Source of the DNA: a virus | Taxonomy: Duplodnaviria; Caudoviricetes | IMG/VR virus record: IMGVR_UViG_3300025034_000893 | Span: 1-36,869 of that record | Direction: 5' to 3' (one strand) | DNA: 36,869 nt | The notes under the pieces: generated by a model | What the model was told of the DNA's origin: nothing | The model's database searches: none | What the model saw: the letters and a program-made list of their open reading frames with translations, nothing else | Translations under genes and position numbers: made by a program | In this document: positions 7,896-16,474 of the stretch, in pieces | Layout of the letters: every line of letters starts with the position of its first letter | How positions within the stretch are numbered: position 1 is the first letter of the stretch

Positions 7896-8318
7896 ATGGC
7901 CAGGTTTCCTCTGCCGAACCCGCCCAACTTCCGGGTCTCGGAATCGAGTCTCGGTCAAGTCAAGCTCGACTGGGCGGATTACCCGGCCGAGGTGAAAGAC
8001 GGACACCGGTTGACGGGCTTTCGGCTGTACCGTTCGGGGGCGAAGGATGAGATCGGCGTGCGCCTTGCCGATGAGAAAGTCTTGGGGCCGACGGTGTTCC
8101 AGTACATCGACACCACGCCGGGGGCCGGGGCCTCGCAGCACTACACCCTCGTCGCGGTCGAGGAATGGGGTTTTGGGACCGCGCCGTTCGGCAAGACCCC
8201 GTTCGGCGAGCGGGACGCGACGGGATTTGATGCGACGCCGTTCAGTCGCCGGCCGCATGGCTCGCCGCGGCGCGGCTGGGGCGAGGCGGCGATAGGCCTC
8301 GACGCCTTCGGCAGATAG
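7896..8318 (+). CDS. FN3-like virion protein with C-terminal G-F-G-x-x-P-F-G repeats
   Basis: PNPPNFRV...VKLDW...GFRLYRS...YIDTT...HYTLVAV is an FN3 pattern; GGAGG SD upstream. Confidence 0.7.
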   Translation: MARFPLPNPPNFRVSESSLGQVKLDWADYPAEVKDGHRLTGFRLYRSGAKDEIGVRLADEKVLGPTVFQYIDTTPGAGASQHYTLVAVEEWGFGTAPFGKTPFGERDATGFDATPFSRRPHGSPRRGWGEAAIGLDAFGR

Positions 8319-8327
8319 GAGATTTTG

Positions 8328-9461
8328 ATGGCCAGAACGAACACAAGCAAGAACAAGCTGCCAAAGCACGACACCGGCGATCTCAACTGGGGCGGGGACT
8401 ACAACGAGGGCCTGGATGTCCTCGATGAGCACGCCCAGCGCGAGACGCTGCGCCCGCCCCGGACGCTCATCGCCGTCCTGGGCTCCGGCGCGGTCGGGGC
8501 CGAGCTGGCCGGCAGCACCACCTATTTTTACAAGGTCACCGCTATCAACGCGGTGGGCGAGAGCACCGAGGGGAAGATCCCCACCGTTGTCGAGGCCGCC
8601 GCTACCCAGGGGGCGACGCCTGTTCCCGTCATCATCGAGTGGGAGGCGGTCGAGGGCGCGAGCGGCTACCGCGTCTATAAAGGAACCGCGAGCGGGGCCG
8701 AAGAGTTCTTGCTCGAAAAGACCGGCGGCGCGACGATCACCCACACCGATGACGGCAACACCGCGGTCGCGATCGGGCAGAATGTCCCCGCCGCCAATAC
8801 GGCCCGCACCTCGGTGACAGGTCTGCGCGCGACCGGAGAGGCCGCGCCCCTTCGGGGCGATGTGAAGTTCAAGCCCGGCGCGAATGTCACCTTGACCCAG
8901 CTTCCCGGTACCAATGAGCTTGAGATCGCGGCCGCGGGAGGAGGAGGTGCGTGGGTCAAGGTGGCAGACATTGTCCCCTCAGACAGCAACAGCTTTCCGC
9001 TCCTTTCCGGGCTCAACCTCACCACCGACAGGGTGTGGCGCATCACCCTCCAGTGGATTAATCCCACTCTGAACGATACCCAGATCAAGCTCATCCTCAA
9101 TGGAGCGGGATCAAACGAATACGGTTGGCAGGAACTTAAGGTCGACGGCACCGCCATCACCGCCCAGCGCGCCATCGGCTCCGGCGTGGGCGTCATCGGC
9201 TTCTGCAAGGGCGGGGGCGGCTCCGGAAATTTCGACATCATCCTCCAGCCCGCCGGCGTCGCGGGTTCCGATGTGTACGGCGGCTGCATGGCGCACAGCC
9301 GGGGGCAAACCGCAACGCGTGGATTTCCGCAGCCACCCATCATGTACCAACACAGCCTGCTGTTTGAGTTGATCGCAGACATCACCAGCATCCAGATTGC
9401 CGCCGTCACGGCCGGCACGTTGGGAGCGAACAGTCGGTTGCAGTTGTTGAGATTGGCATAG
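8328..9461 (+). CDS. Virion structural protein (FN3-like N-terminal region, head fibre/decoration candidate)
   Basis: TYFYKVTAINAVGES...IEWEAVEGASGYRVYKG...HTDDG, then a beta-rich C-terminal domain after an AAAGGGGAW linker. AGGAG SD upstream. Confidence 0.7.
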   Translation: MARTNTSKNKLPKHDTGDLNWGGDYNEGLDVLDEHAQRETLRPPRTLIAVLGSGAVGAELAGSTTYFYKVTAINAVGESTEGKIPTVVEAAATQGATPVPVIIEWEAVEGASGYRVYKGTASGAEEFLLEKTGGATITHTDDGNTAVAIGQNVPAANTARTSVTGLRATGEAAPLRGDVKFKPGANVTLTQLPGTNELEIAAAGGGGAWVKVADIVPSDSNSFPLLSGLNLTTDRVWRITLQWINPTLNDTQIKLILNGAGSNEYGWQELKVDGTAITAQRAIGSGVGVIGFCKGGGGSGNFDIILQPAGVAGSDVYGGCMAHSRGQTATRGFPQPPIMYQHSLLFELIADITSIQIAAVTAGTLGANSRLQLLRLA

Positions 9462-9478
9462 AAAGGAGGACGTAAACC

Positions 9479-10813
9479 ATGGCCACAATCGAATCACAAC
9501 TTTCAGAGCAGGTCGTAGGCTCCCTCGCGGCGGACATCCTCGCACCCCTGCCGCCGATCCTCGGCCTCATCCAGGCGACCTCCATCGTCGATGGGCCGAC
9601 CCCCAAGGGCAAGACGCGCATCACCCTCAACTGGGCCGCGCCGACCAAGAACGAGGTGATCGGTGGCGAGCTGTTCAAGAACCCCGACGATACCGCCGAT
9701 GTGGCCGAGGGCGTGGACGGGGCCTCCCATGAGGCGCAGTTTGATCCCATCGAGGCGGGCAGCTTCACGGTCCTGGAGCGAACCGGCACCGGCCCGGGTT
9801 CCACCACGCTGGGGGCTAGTACCGGCCATGGCCAGCGAAAGATCAACCTCGCGACGCCGATCCCAGCTGAGATCGTCGCCGGGGCCTGGCTCGTCATCGA
9901 TGATACCGTCGCCGGTAAGGAAGAGTACGCGCAGATCAAGTCCATCAATACTGGGACCGGCGAGACCATCCTCGAGAACGGATTGTTCTTCGACCACGCG
10001 GCGGGCGCCTCGGTCAAACAGGCGGTCGTGACCACGAAGGTCTCGGGAACCGACTACAACCTCGACCTGCCCACCGGCGTCCTGACCGAGATCGGCACGC
10101 AGTTCACCGCGGGCAGCAAGATCGTCATCAAGTACCAGACCACGCTCCAGGACCTCGACCATTACGAGCTCTACCGCGTGCCGGGCAACGCGCCGGTCGC
10201 CAACCCGACTAAGGCCGATGTCCTGGCCTTCGCCGGGGTCCAGACCGTCGATGCGGCGATCCTGGGAACGGCGACCTCCAAGCAGGACCAGGCGCTCGCC
10301 GACGCCGACAACGGCAAGGACTTCACCTATTACCTCTTCGCGGTGGATTCGAGCGGCAACGTCTCGAACCTCACCAGCGAGGTCATGACCGCCAACCTGC
10401 ACCTGGTGTTTGTGGAGACCGTCACCACGGTCCCGCAGGCGCTGAGCACGCAGGTGTCGACCGACAAGGTCGTGGTGTCCTGGGCCGCGGCGATCGATCC
10501 GAACGCGAACGGCTACAACATCTACCGCTCGGACGGCTCCAGCTTCGATCCCAACACCGCGGTCAAGGCCAACTCGACGCTCATCGCCAAGGGGTCTGGG
10601 ACTGTGAGCTTTGACGACTCGGCAGACAACGTCTCCAACCGCGTCGGGGCGGGAACCCTGCCCTTTCCGGCTGACGGACAGACCTTCTCCTACAAGGTCG
10701 AGACGGAGGATACCGTCACGGCCTGGAGCGACGGGACCTCCAACCAGCCGCCGCCCGTGGACGTGAGCGCCGCCAAGACCGCCGGCGTCGGCGACGGCAC
10801 GGGAGGCCGTTGA
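9479..10813 (+). CDS. Multi-domain FN3-containing virion structural protein
   Basis: Two FN3 patterns (ITLNWAAP...DLDHYELYR...YYLFAVDSSGNVS and VVVSWAA...GYNIYRS...FSYKVET). AGGAGG SD upstream. Confidence 0.75.
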   Translation: MATIESQLSEQVVGSLAADILAPLPPILGLIQATSIVDGPTPKGKTRITLNWAAPTKNEVIGGELFKNPDDTADVAEGVDGASHEAQFDPIEAGSFTVLERTGTGPGSTTLGASTGHGQRKINLATPIPAEIVAGAWLVIDDTVAGKEEYAQIKSINTGTGETILENGLFFDHAAGASVKQAVVTTKVSGTDYNLDLPTGVLTEIGTQFTAGSKIVIKYQTTLQDLDHYELYRVPGNAPVANPTKADVLAFAGVQTVDAAILGTATSKQDQALADADNGKDFTYYLFAVDSSGNVSNLTSEVMTANLHLVFVETVTTVPQALSTQVSTDKVVVSWAAAIDPNANGYNIYRSDGSSFDPNTAVKANSTLIAKGSGTVSFDDSADNVSNRVGAGTLPFPADGQTFSYKVETEDTVTAWSDGTSNQPPPVDVSAAKTAGVGDGTGGR

Positions 10814-10826
10814 TAGGTGAGCGCCC

Positions 10827-11177
10827 ATGGGTTCCGACGAAAACGATGAGCGGCCCGAAACCCCCGAGGCGGGGGTGCCCGTGGTCGTACAGGTCGAGAG
10901 CGGCGGGTACCCCCACGCCAAGGTATTCGCCTGGCCCAACCGGCCGAGGTCGAAGGCGCAGGTAAAGCGGGACCGCTTCGTCCACAACCTGCGGGGCCAG
11001 TACCGCCAGCTCAAGGAGGCGCTTGCCGCGGCCGAGCGCTTCTTCGTGATCGCCTCCGTGGGCGAGGCGCACCTCGCGGCCATCCGCAAGGCGCACGCCG
11101 AGGCGCTGGATGACCTCTCCCGGCGCTTCCAGGCCAAGCTCAACGAGTACGACCGCCGGATCACGGGAGGCGGCTGA
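10827..11177 (+). CDS. Hypothetical phage protein, C-terminal coiled coil
   Basis: Fills the gap in the operon and has a TGATG overlap with the next gene. Confidence 0.6.
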   Translation: MGSDENDERPETPEAGVPVVVQVESGGYPHAKVFAWPNRPRSKAQVKRDRFVHNLRGQYRQLKEALAAAERFFVIASVGEAHLAAIRKAHAEALDDLSRRFQAKLNEYDRRITGGG

Positions 11178-11788
11178 TGGCGACGCTCCTCTCGCGCTTT
11201 AGCGGCGTCATCGCCACGCTGCCGACGGTCTACACGAATGCGTTCTTGGTCAGCAGCTATACCGGCGGCCTGGTCGAAAGCTCCGATGTTCTGCCCGAGT
11301 GGATTCAACAGGCGCGCGATGAGATCGACCGGCACACGGGAATGTGTTTTCGTGCGGCCGAGCGCACCGACCGGCTCGACGGAACCGGCCTCGACATCCT
11401 CTTCCTCACCTGCTTCCCGGTACTGGAGATCCTCGCCATCGAGATCGACGGCGTTCTCTTCGACGCTCCCGTGGCGGGTAGGCTCAAGAAGGTCAAGGCC
11501 AACCTGCGCACCGGCAGCCTGCTGCGAAAAGACGGCCGCCCCTGGCCCGAGGGCTTTGAGAACATCGAGGTCCGCTACCTTTTCGGCTTCCGCGCGACGC
11601 CGCCGGTCGTCCAGAAGCTGGCGACCTTGCTCGTGGCCAAGACCGCGCTCCAGGCCAAGCATGGCCCCACGGTCGATAACGAGCGGATCGGGAATTTCTC
11701 GGTGAGCCGGTCCTTTAAGCGCATCGACGACGAACTCGACCGGGCGTGGAGCGCCCTGGGCTTTAGGAGGGACATCGGCTTCGTATGA
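11177..11788 (+). CDS. Head-tail adaptor/connector protein
   Basis: IQQARDEIDRHTG...F...LDGTG...P...WPEGFENIEVRYLFG...PPVVQKLA...ERIGNFSVS; position in the neck module. Confidence 0.75.
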   Translation: MATLLSRFSGVIATLPTVYTNAFLVSSYTGGLVESSDVLPEWIQQARDEIDRHTGMCFRAAERTDRLDGTGLDILFLTCFPVLEILAIEIDGVLFDAPVAGRLKKVKANLRTGSLLRKDGRPWPEGFENIEVRYLFGFRATPPVVQKLATLLVAKTALQAKHGPTVDNERIGNFSVSRSFKRIDDELDRAWSALGFRRDIGFV

Positions 11789-12126
11789 TTCCCGAGCGCC
11801 TTCTGCCCGACCGCATCACGCTGCGCAAGCCCGTCCACAGCAATGTGGGCTCGGGCACCAAGCGGCCCACCTTCCGGCATGACCAGGTCGCCGCGGGCGT
11901 TCCCGCGCGCTTTGACCCGATCAGCGTGGCTCTCAACCGCCTGGTCACGGGCCAGACCCCCAAGAAGGCTTTCCGCCTCTTCTTGAACCTGCCGGGTCCG
12001 GGGACCTTCGACCTCCAGGAGAACTACCACGTCCTGCGCGAAACGAACGGCAAGCTCTTCATCGTCACCGAGGTCCTGGATATGTTCGGCCATCACCTCG
12101 AGGCGGTCGTGGAGGAAAAGCCATGA
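11785..12126 (+). CDS. Head-closure (stopper) protein, putative
   Basis: Size, position after the adaptor, C-terminal HHLE motif, and ATGA overlaps on both sides. Confidence 0.6.
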   Translation: MIPERLLPDRITLRKPVHSNVGSGTKRPTFRHDQVAAGVPARFDPISVALNRLVTGQTPKKAFRLFLNLPGPGTFDLQENYHVLRETNGKLFIVTEVLDMFGHHLEAVVEEKP

Positions 12127-12629
12127 TCCGGGTGACGATCAGGGGCCAGGAGGACACGCAGAAGTTCCTCACGCGCGTAAACGCCCGCCTGCGCACCGCG
12201 TTATTTAAGGGCCTGCAGGATGTGGCCATCCAGTTGTGGAGCAAGGCCAAGGTCAACGCGCCGGTGTTTCGCGGACTCTTGCGGGAGTCCATCCTCTGGA
12301 ACGTCCAGGTCGAGGAAGGGCGCATCGTCGGCCGTGTGGGCTCGGCGCTCGTCTACGCGCCGGTCGTCGAGTTCGGCCGGGAGAAAGGCTGGTTCCCGAA
12401 TGTCTCGGAACTCAGGACCTGGGCGCGGCGCAAGATCGGCGCAGAGACCGTCGATGTGGGCGGCAAGCGCTGGAACCTTCCCTTCATCATCGGCCGGGCG
12501 ATCCAGCGACGAGGTTTTAGGAAGCAGCCCTACCTGACGCTCGCCTCGCGGGAGATCGCGCCGCGCATCAAGCAGATCATCGAGCAGCGCGTGACCCAGG
12601 CCATCCAAGCTGAGGGAGGCAAAGCCTGA
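12123..12629 (+). CDS. HK97 gp10-like neck/tail completion protein
   Basis: AKVNAPVFRGLLRESI...VGSALVYAPVVEFG...RKQPYL motifs. Confidence 0.8.
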   Translation: MIRVTIRGQEDTQKFLTRVNARLRTALFKGLQDVAIQLWSKAKVNAPVFRGLLRESILWNVQVEEGRIVGRVGSALVYAPVVEFGREKGWFPNVSELRTWARRKIGAETVDVGGKRWNLPFIIGRAIQRRGFRKQPYLTLASREIAPRIKQIIEQRVTQAIQAEGGKA

Positions 12630-13120
12630 TGCCCGCGCCGAGGCTCCACGAGAACGTCATCGCGGATCGGATCATCGACATCATCCGGAGCAATCTGGAG
12701 GGGACGCTCGGGCTTAAGGTCGTCACGCTCGGCGCGCTGGAGCTCTACCCGGCCCTCGATCAGTTGGGCGACGCGATCCCCGCCGTGTTCGTCAAGCCCG
12801 CCCCCTCGACCGCGCTTGAGCGGATCACGACGGGACAGACGTACCGCGTCACCTACAGCTTCCGCATCGTTTTCGTCAAACCCTTCGCCGCCGACGAGGA
12901 GATCGTCAAGGCGAAGGTGGCCGACACGCAGAAGATCGCAGAGGTCCTCATCGACAACGTGGACTTAGGCGGCCTGACGATCCCCAACGGGCAGATTTTG
13001 TTCTCGACGCTTCAGTCCATCGAGTGGGAGCCGCCCGAGGACAACCTGGTCGCGACGGTCAACGCGGACGCGACGGCTACGGCCATGGTATTCACGGTCT
13101 CGACTACGAGCAGAAAATAG
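12629..13120 (+). CDS. Tail terminator protein, putative
   Basis: Position between the gp10-like gene and tail tube; IPAVFV motif; typical size. Confidence 0.6.
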   Translation: MPAPRLHENVIADRIIDIIRSNLEGTLGLKVVTLGALELYPALDQLGDAIPAVFVKPAPSTALERITTGQTYRVTYSFRIVFVKPFAADEEIVKAKVADTQKIAEVLIDNVDLGGLTIPNGQILFSTLQSIEWEPPEDNLVATVNADATATAMVFTVSTTSRK

Positions 13121-13130
13121 GAGGCAGCAC

Positions 13131-14093
13131 ATGGTATTTGCAACCGAGCAGAAGTCGTTCGGCTTCAAAAAAGAGGGCAGCCGCGGCGTGGCCGAAGCCG
13201 CGCCGGATAAGTTCCTGGCGGTCGGGGCCGACGCCAATATCGACTACACCCAGACGCCGATCCCTGATGAGAAGGTCCGGGGCAGCAAGGCGCGCTTCCC
13301 CTCAGCCCCCGGTCCCAAGGCCGCGGCGGGGACTATCCCCGACATCGACGTGGAAGCGGGAACGATCGGGGATCTCTTGCTCGGCTGCCTGGGCGGCGTG
13401 GCCACGACCCAGCCGGATGCCGGCGGCGCGCCCAGCGTGTTCCAGCATGTCTTCACGCGCTCGGATTCGGTGCAGCTTCCGTCCTACACGATGTTCCTCG
13501 CGCGAGGGCTTCACACCAAGAAGTACCCGCTCGGGACCTTCAAGAAGCTCTCCTTCGCCGGGGCCGTGGACGGCAAGGCGACGGTCTCGGCCGACGTCGT
13601 CGCCAAGAAGGAGGAGGACGCGGCCGGTTTCACGCCGAGCTTCGGCGCGCCCAAGCCGCTCATGTTCTTCAAGACGGACTTCCGGATCGATGGGATCAGC
13701 GACTTAAACGTCCGCTCCTGGAGCCTCGACATCGACAACAACGTCGAGGGCTTAAGGACCTTGAGCCTCTCCCAGGACCCGCGGGACATCATCGCCAAGG
13801 GCAAGTTCATCATCGAAGGGGGCTTTGAGATTTACTTCGAGACGGACGCCCAGCGCCAGAAGTTCCTGGCCAACCAGGCCGCCGCGCTGGAGATCATCCT
13901 CACGGGTGAGAACATCGAGGCGGGCTTCGACAACCAGCTCAAGCTCGCGCTGCCGGGCGTGCGCTACACGGCCTTCCCCTTGGGCAACCTCGACGACCTC
14001 CTGGGCGCGGCCGTGACCTACGCGGTCGAGCAGGACCTCGGCCTGGGCAAGGACATCGAGGCGACGCTCATCAACGCGGTGGGGAGTCTGTGA
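13131..14093 (+). CDS. Major tail tube protein (non-contractile tail)
   Basis: FGFKKEGSRG...FQHVFT...LPSYTM...SWSLDIDNN...IEGGFEIYFE...ATLIN pattern. AGGAGG SD. No sheath gene is present. Confidence 0.8.
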   Translation: MVFATEQKSFGFKKEGSRGVAEAAPDKFLAVGADANIDYTQTPIPDEKVRGSKARFPSAPGPKAAAGTIPDIDVEAGTIGDLLLGCLGGVATTQPDAGGAPSVFQHVFTRSDSVQLPSYTMFLARGLHTKKYPLGTFKKLSFAGAVDGKATVSADVVAKKEEDAAGFTPSFGAPKPLMFFKTDFRIDGISDLNVRSWSLDIDNNVEGLRTLSLSQDPRDIIAKGKFIIEGGFEIYFETDAQRQKFLANQAAALEIILTGENIEAGFDNQLKLALPGVRYTAFPLGNLDDLLGAAVTYAVEQDLGLGKDIEATLINAVGSL

Positions 14094-14461
14094 TGCAAAG
14101 CGAACTCGTAGACGCCAAGCAGCTGCGCGAGGAACTGCGCAAGTCCGTCCCGGTCGAGGTGCGGGGCAAGCAGTACCGGGTCCAGCCGGTCTCGCTGATG
14201 CTCTTCGTGGATGATCCCGACGAGATGTGGCGGCTCGCCCGCGAGGACGGCGAGCGATTGAAAGACCGCCTGCGCGACATCATGGGCAGCCCCTCCTACG
14301 CCCGCCTGCGCCGGGTCCTCATCACCGGGATGGTCCACCCCAAGGTGGTGCCCTCGGAGGGCATGGAGAACGACGGCAGCATCTGCGCCGACACCCTGCT
14401 CGTCGACTATGAGCTGGCGATCGAACTCTACCTGGCGATCGCCAAGCACTCTATGGCGTAG
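14090..14461 (+). CDS. Tail assembly chaperone, putative
   Basis: Lies between tail tube and tape measure; GTGA overlap. Confidence 0.6.
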   Translation: MMQSELVDAKQLREELRKSVPVEVRGKQYRVQPVSLMLFVDDPDEMWRLAREDGERLKDRLRDIMGSPSYARLRRVLITGMVHPKVVPSEGMENDGSICADTLLVDYELAIELYLAIAKHSMA

Positions 14462-14470
14462 GAGAGTGAT

Positions 14471-16474
14471 GTGGCGGGAATCGAGATACTCTTCGGGGCG
14501 GTCGATGAGGCATCGCCGGTCATCCAGCGGCTTTCCAAGCAGCTGCTTGCCGCCGCCCAGAAATCCGACCGCTTCGCGGGGGTCATAGAAAAATCGACCA
14601 CCAAGGTCGATGCCGCGCTATCCAAGCTCCCACCCAAGGCTAAGCAGGCCAAGGATTCCTTCACCGGGCTATCGGGCGCGGCCCAACAGCTCAAGTCCCA
14701 GTTGGTCGCCTTGGTAGGCGCGGCGGCGATTACGGCCTTCTTTAAGTCGAGCGTCACCGCGGCGGCGGAGGAAGAGAAGGCCGTCTTCCGGCTCAACAAG
14801 GTCCTCCAGCAGCATGGGGATTTCTCGGCGCGGGCGTCCCAGGACGTACAGGCCTGGGCTCGGACCCTGCAAGAGACCACCGGTACCGCCGACGACCAGG
14901 TCCTCTCGCTGTTCGCCTTGGCGCGCGGCTACGCGAACACCTCCCAGCAGGCAGTCGAGTTGACCGAGACCGCCATCGACTTCGCCGTGGCCGCCGACAT
15001 CAACGTGACCGAAGCGATCCGTCGGCTTGGTCGCGCCATACAGGGCTCGGCCGCCGATGTGGGCAACTTCGCCCCCGAGATCAAGAAGCTCACCAAGGAG
15101 CAGCTCGCCGCCGGCGAGGCGACCCGGCTCTTGGGCGAGAAGTTCAAGGGAACGGCCGCCGAGCTTCAGCGGACGTTCTCAGGCGAGTTGGTCCGGGGCC
15201 TAAACGACCTCGACGATTTCAAGCAGGAGATCGGCGAGGGCCTGATCCCCGCCCTGCGCCCGCTCGTCTCGGTCGCGCGCTTTACCTTCCAGCAATTCCG
15301 GCTCCTGGGGACCGGCCTCGCCGCCGTCGCCGCCGAGATGGTCGCCGTGTTCGAGCTTCGGTTTGGGACGCTTAAGGACATCTTCAAGGGGACCTTCGAG
15401 GCGATCAGGAGCATCGTCACCGGCAACATGCAGGGGGCCAAGGACGCCGCCAACCGCGCCGCCGGCAGCATCGCCGAGCGCACGCGCGAGTTCACCGACA
15501 AGTCCAAGACCATCTGGAGCGAGTTCTCAGACGACGTCACGAAGATTCTCGACAAGGGCGGCAAGGACCAGGTCCAAGCCATCCGATTCGCGGGCGACCA
15601 GCAGGTCAAGATTACGCGCGACATCACCAAGGAGATCAAGGATCGAAACAAGGAACGCCTGGAGGCCACAACGTCCCTGCGCGATAGCCTCCAGTCCCTG
15701 CAACAAGAAGAGCTTGAGCTCTCGGGGCAGGCCCTGGAGGCCGCGCGCTTTAGGATTAAGACGGAGCGCGACGATCGGCTAGCCGCCTTAAACGAGATCG
15801 CCGAGAAGGCCCCCGAGCTTGAAGATAAGATCAACGCCGCCCGCCTGCTCGTGCTTCAAAACGCGGCCTTAGCCGAGCAGGAAGCGCTCGAAGAGTTCAA
15901 CGTGATCGGCAAGCAGATCGAGGAAGTGGCGGTCGGGGCGGCCAATACGATCTCGGACGCCTTCGCCAAGTCGGTGGCCGACAGCATCGTCGAGAACAAG
16001 AAGCTCCAGATCGACTTCGAGCAAGTGATGAAGCAGGTGGCCCGTACCGCCATCGAGCAACTCATCAAGATCGCGATCCAGGCTGCGATCACCCGCGCCG
16101 CGGTCGGGGCCGCTTCGGGAGGCGCGGCGGATGGCGGAGGCGGTGGAATCATCGGCGCGATCTTCGGCGGCTTGCAGCACGGGGGCATCGCCACCAAGCC
16201 CGTCATAGCGGGCATCGCCGAGAAGGAACCTGAAGCCGTGATCCCCTTAAGCCGCCTGGGCTCCATCCTGCGAGGCGCGGCCGGCGGCGCGGGCGGCGTC
16301 AGCGTTACGGTCCAGCAGACCAATCACTTCACCGCCTCGGGCATGGGCGACGAAGAGGTACGCCAGATCATGCGGCGCATCTCGCTTTTTACTCGGGCCG
16401 GCGCGGCCGAGGGCGCTGAGTTGGTCAAGTCCATCCTGGCCCGCCAGGGCAAGGTGTCGGGGCTATCGGTATGA
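14471..16474 (+). CDS. Tape measure protein (667 aa)
   Basis: Ala/Glu/Lys-rich helical sequence with N-terminal AVDEASP and C-terminal GLQHGGIATKP...IAEKEPEAVIPL. AGGAG SD before GTG. Confidence 0.88.
   Translation: MAGIEILFGAVDEASPVIQRLSKQLLAAAQKSDRFAGVIEKSTTKVDAALSKLPPKAKQAKDSFTGLSGAAQQLKSQLVALVGAAAITAFFKSSVTAAAEEEKAVFRLNKVLQQHGDFSARASQDVQAWARTLQETTGTADDQVLSLFALARGYANTSQQAVELTETAIDFAVAADINVTEAIRRLGRAIQGSAADVGNFAPEIKKLTKEQLAAGEATRLLGEKFKGTAAELQRTFSGELVRGLNDLDDFKQEIGEGLIPALRPLVSVARFTFQQFRLLGTGLAAVAAEMVAVFELRFGTLKDIFKGTFEAIRSIVTGNMQGAKDAANRAAGSIAERTREFTDKSKTIWSEFSDDVTKILDKGGKDQVQAIRFAGDQQVKITRDITKEIKDRNKERLEATTSLRDSLQSLQQEELELSGQALEAARFRIKTERDDRLAALNEIAEKAPELEDKINAARLLVLQNAALAEQEALEEFNVIGKQIEEVAVGAANTISDAFAKSVADSIVENKKLQIDFEQVMKQVARTAIEQLIKIAIQAAITRAAVGAASGGAADGGGGGIIGAIFGGLQHGGIATKPVIAGIAEKEPEAVIPLSRLGSILRGAAGGAGGVSVTVQQTNHFTASGMGDEEVRQIMRRISLFTRAGAAEGAELVKSILARQGKVSGLSV

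Noticed and set aside
14090-14470. Programmed frameshift giving a G-T type tail chaperone extension
   Set aside because: Only 9 nt separate this gene from the tape measure start, and I see no convincing slippery heptamer.
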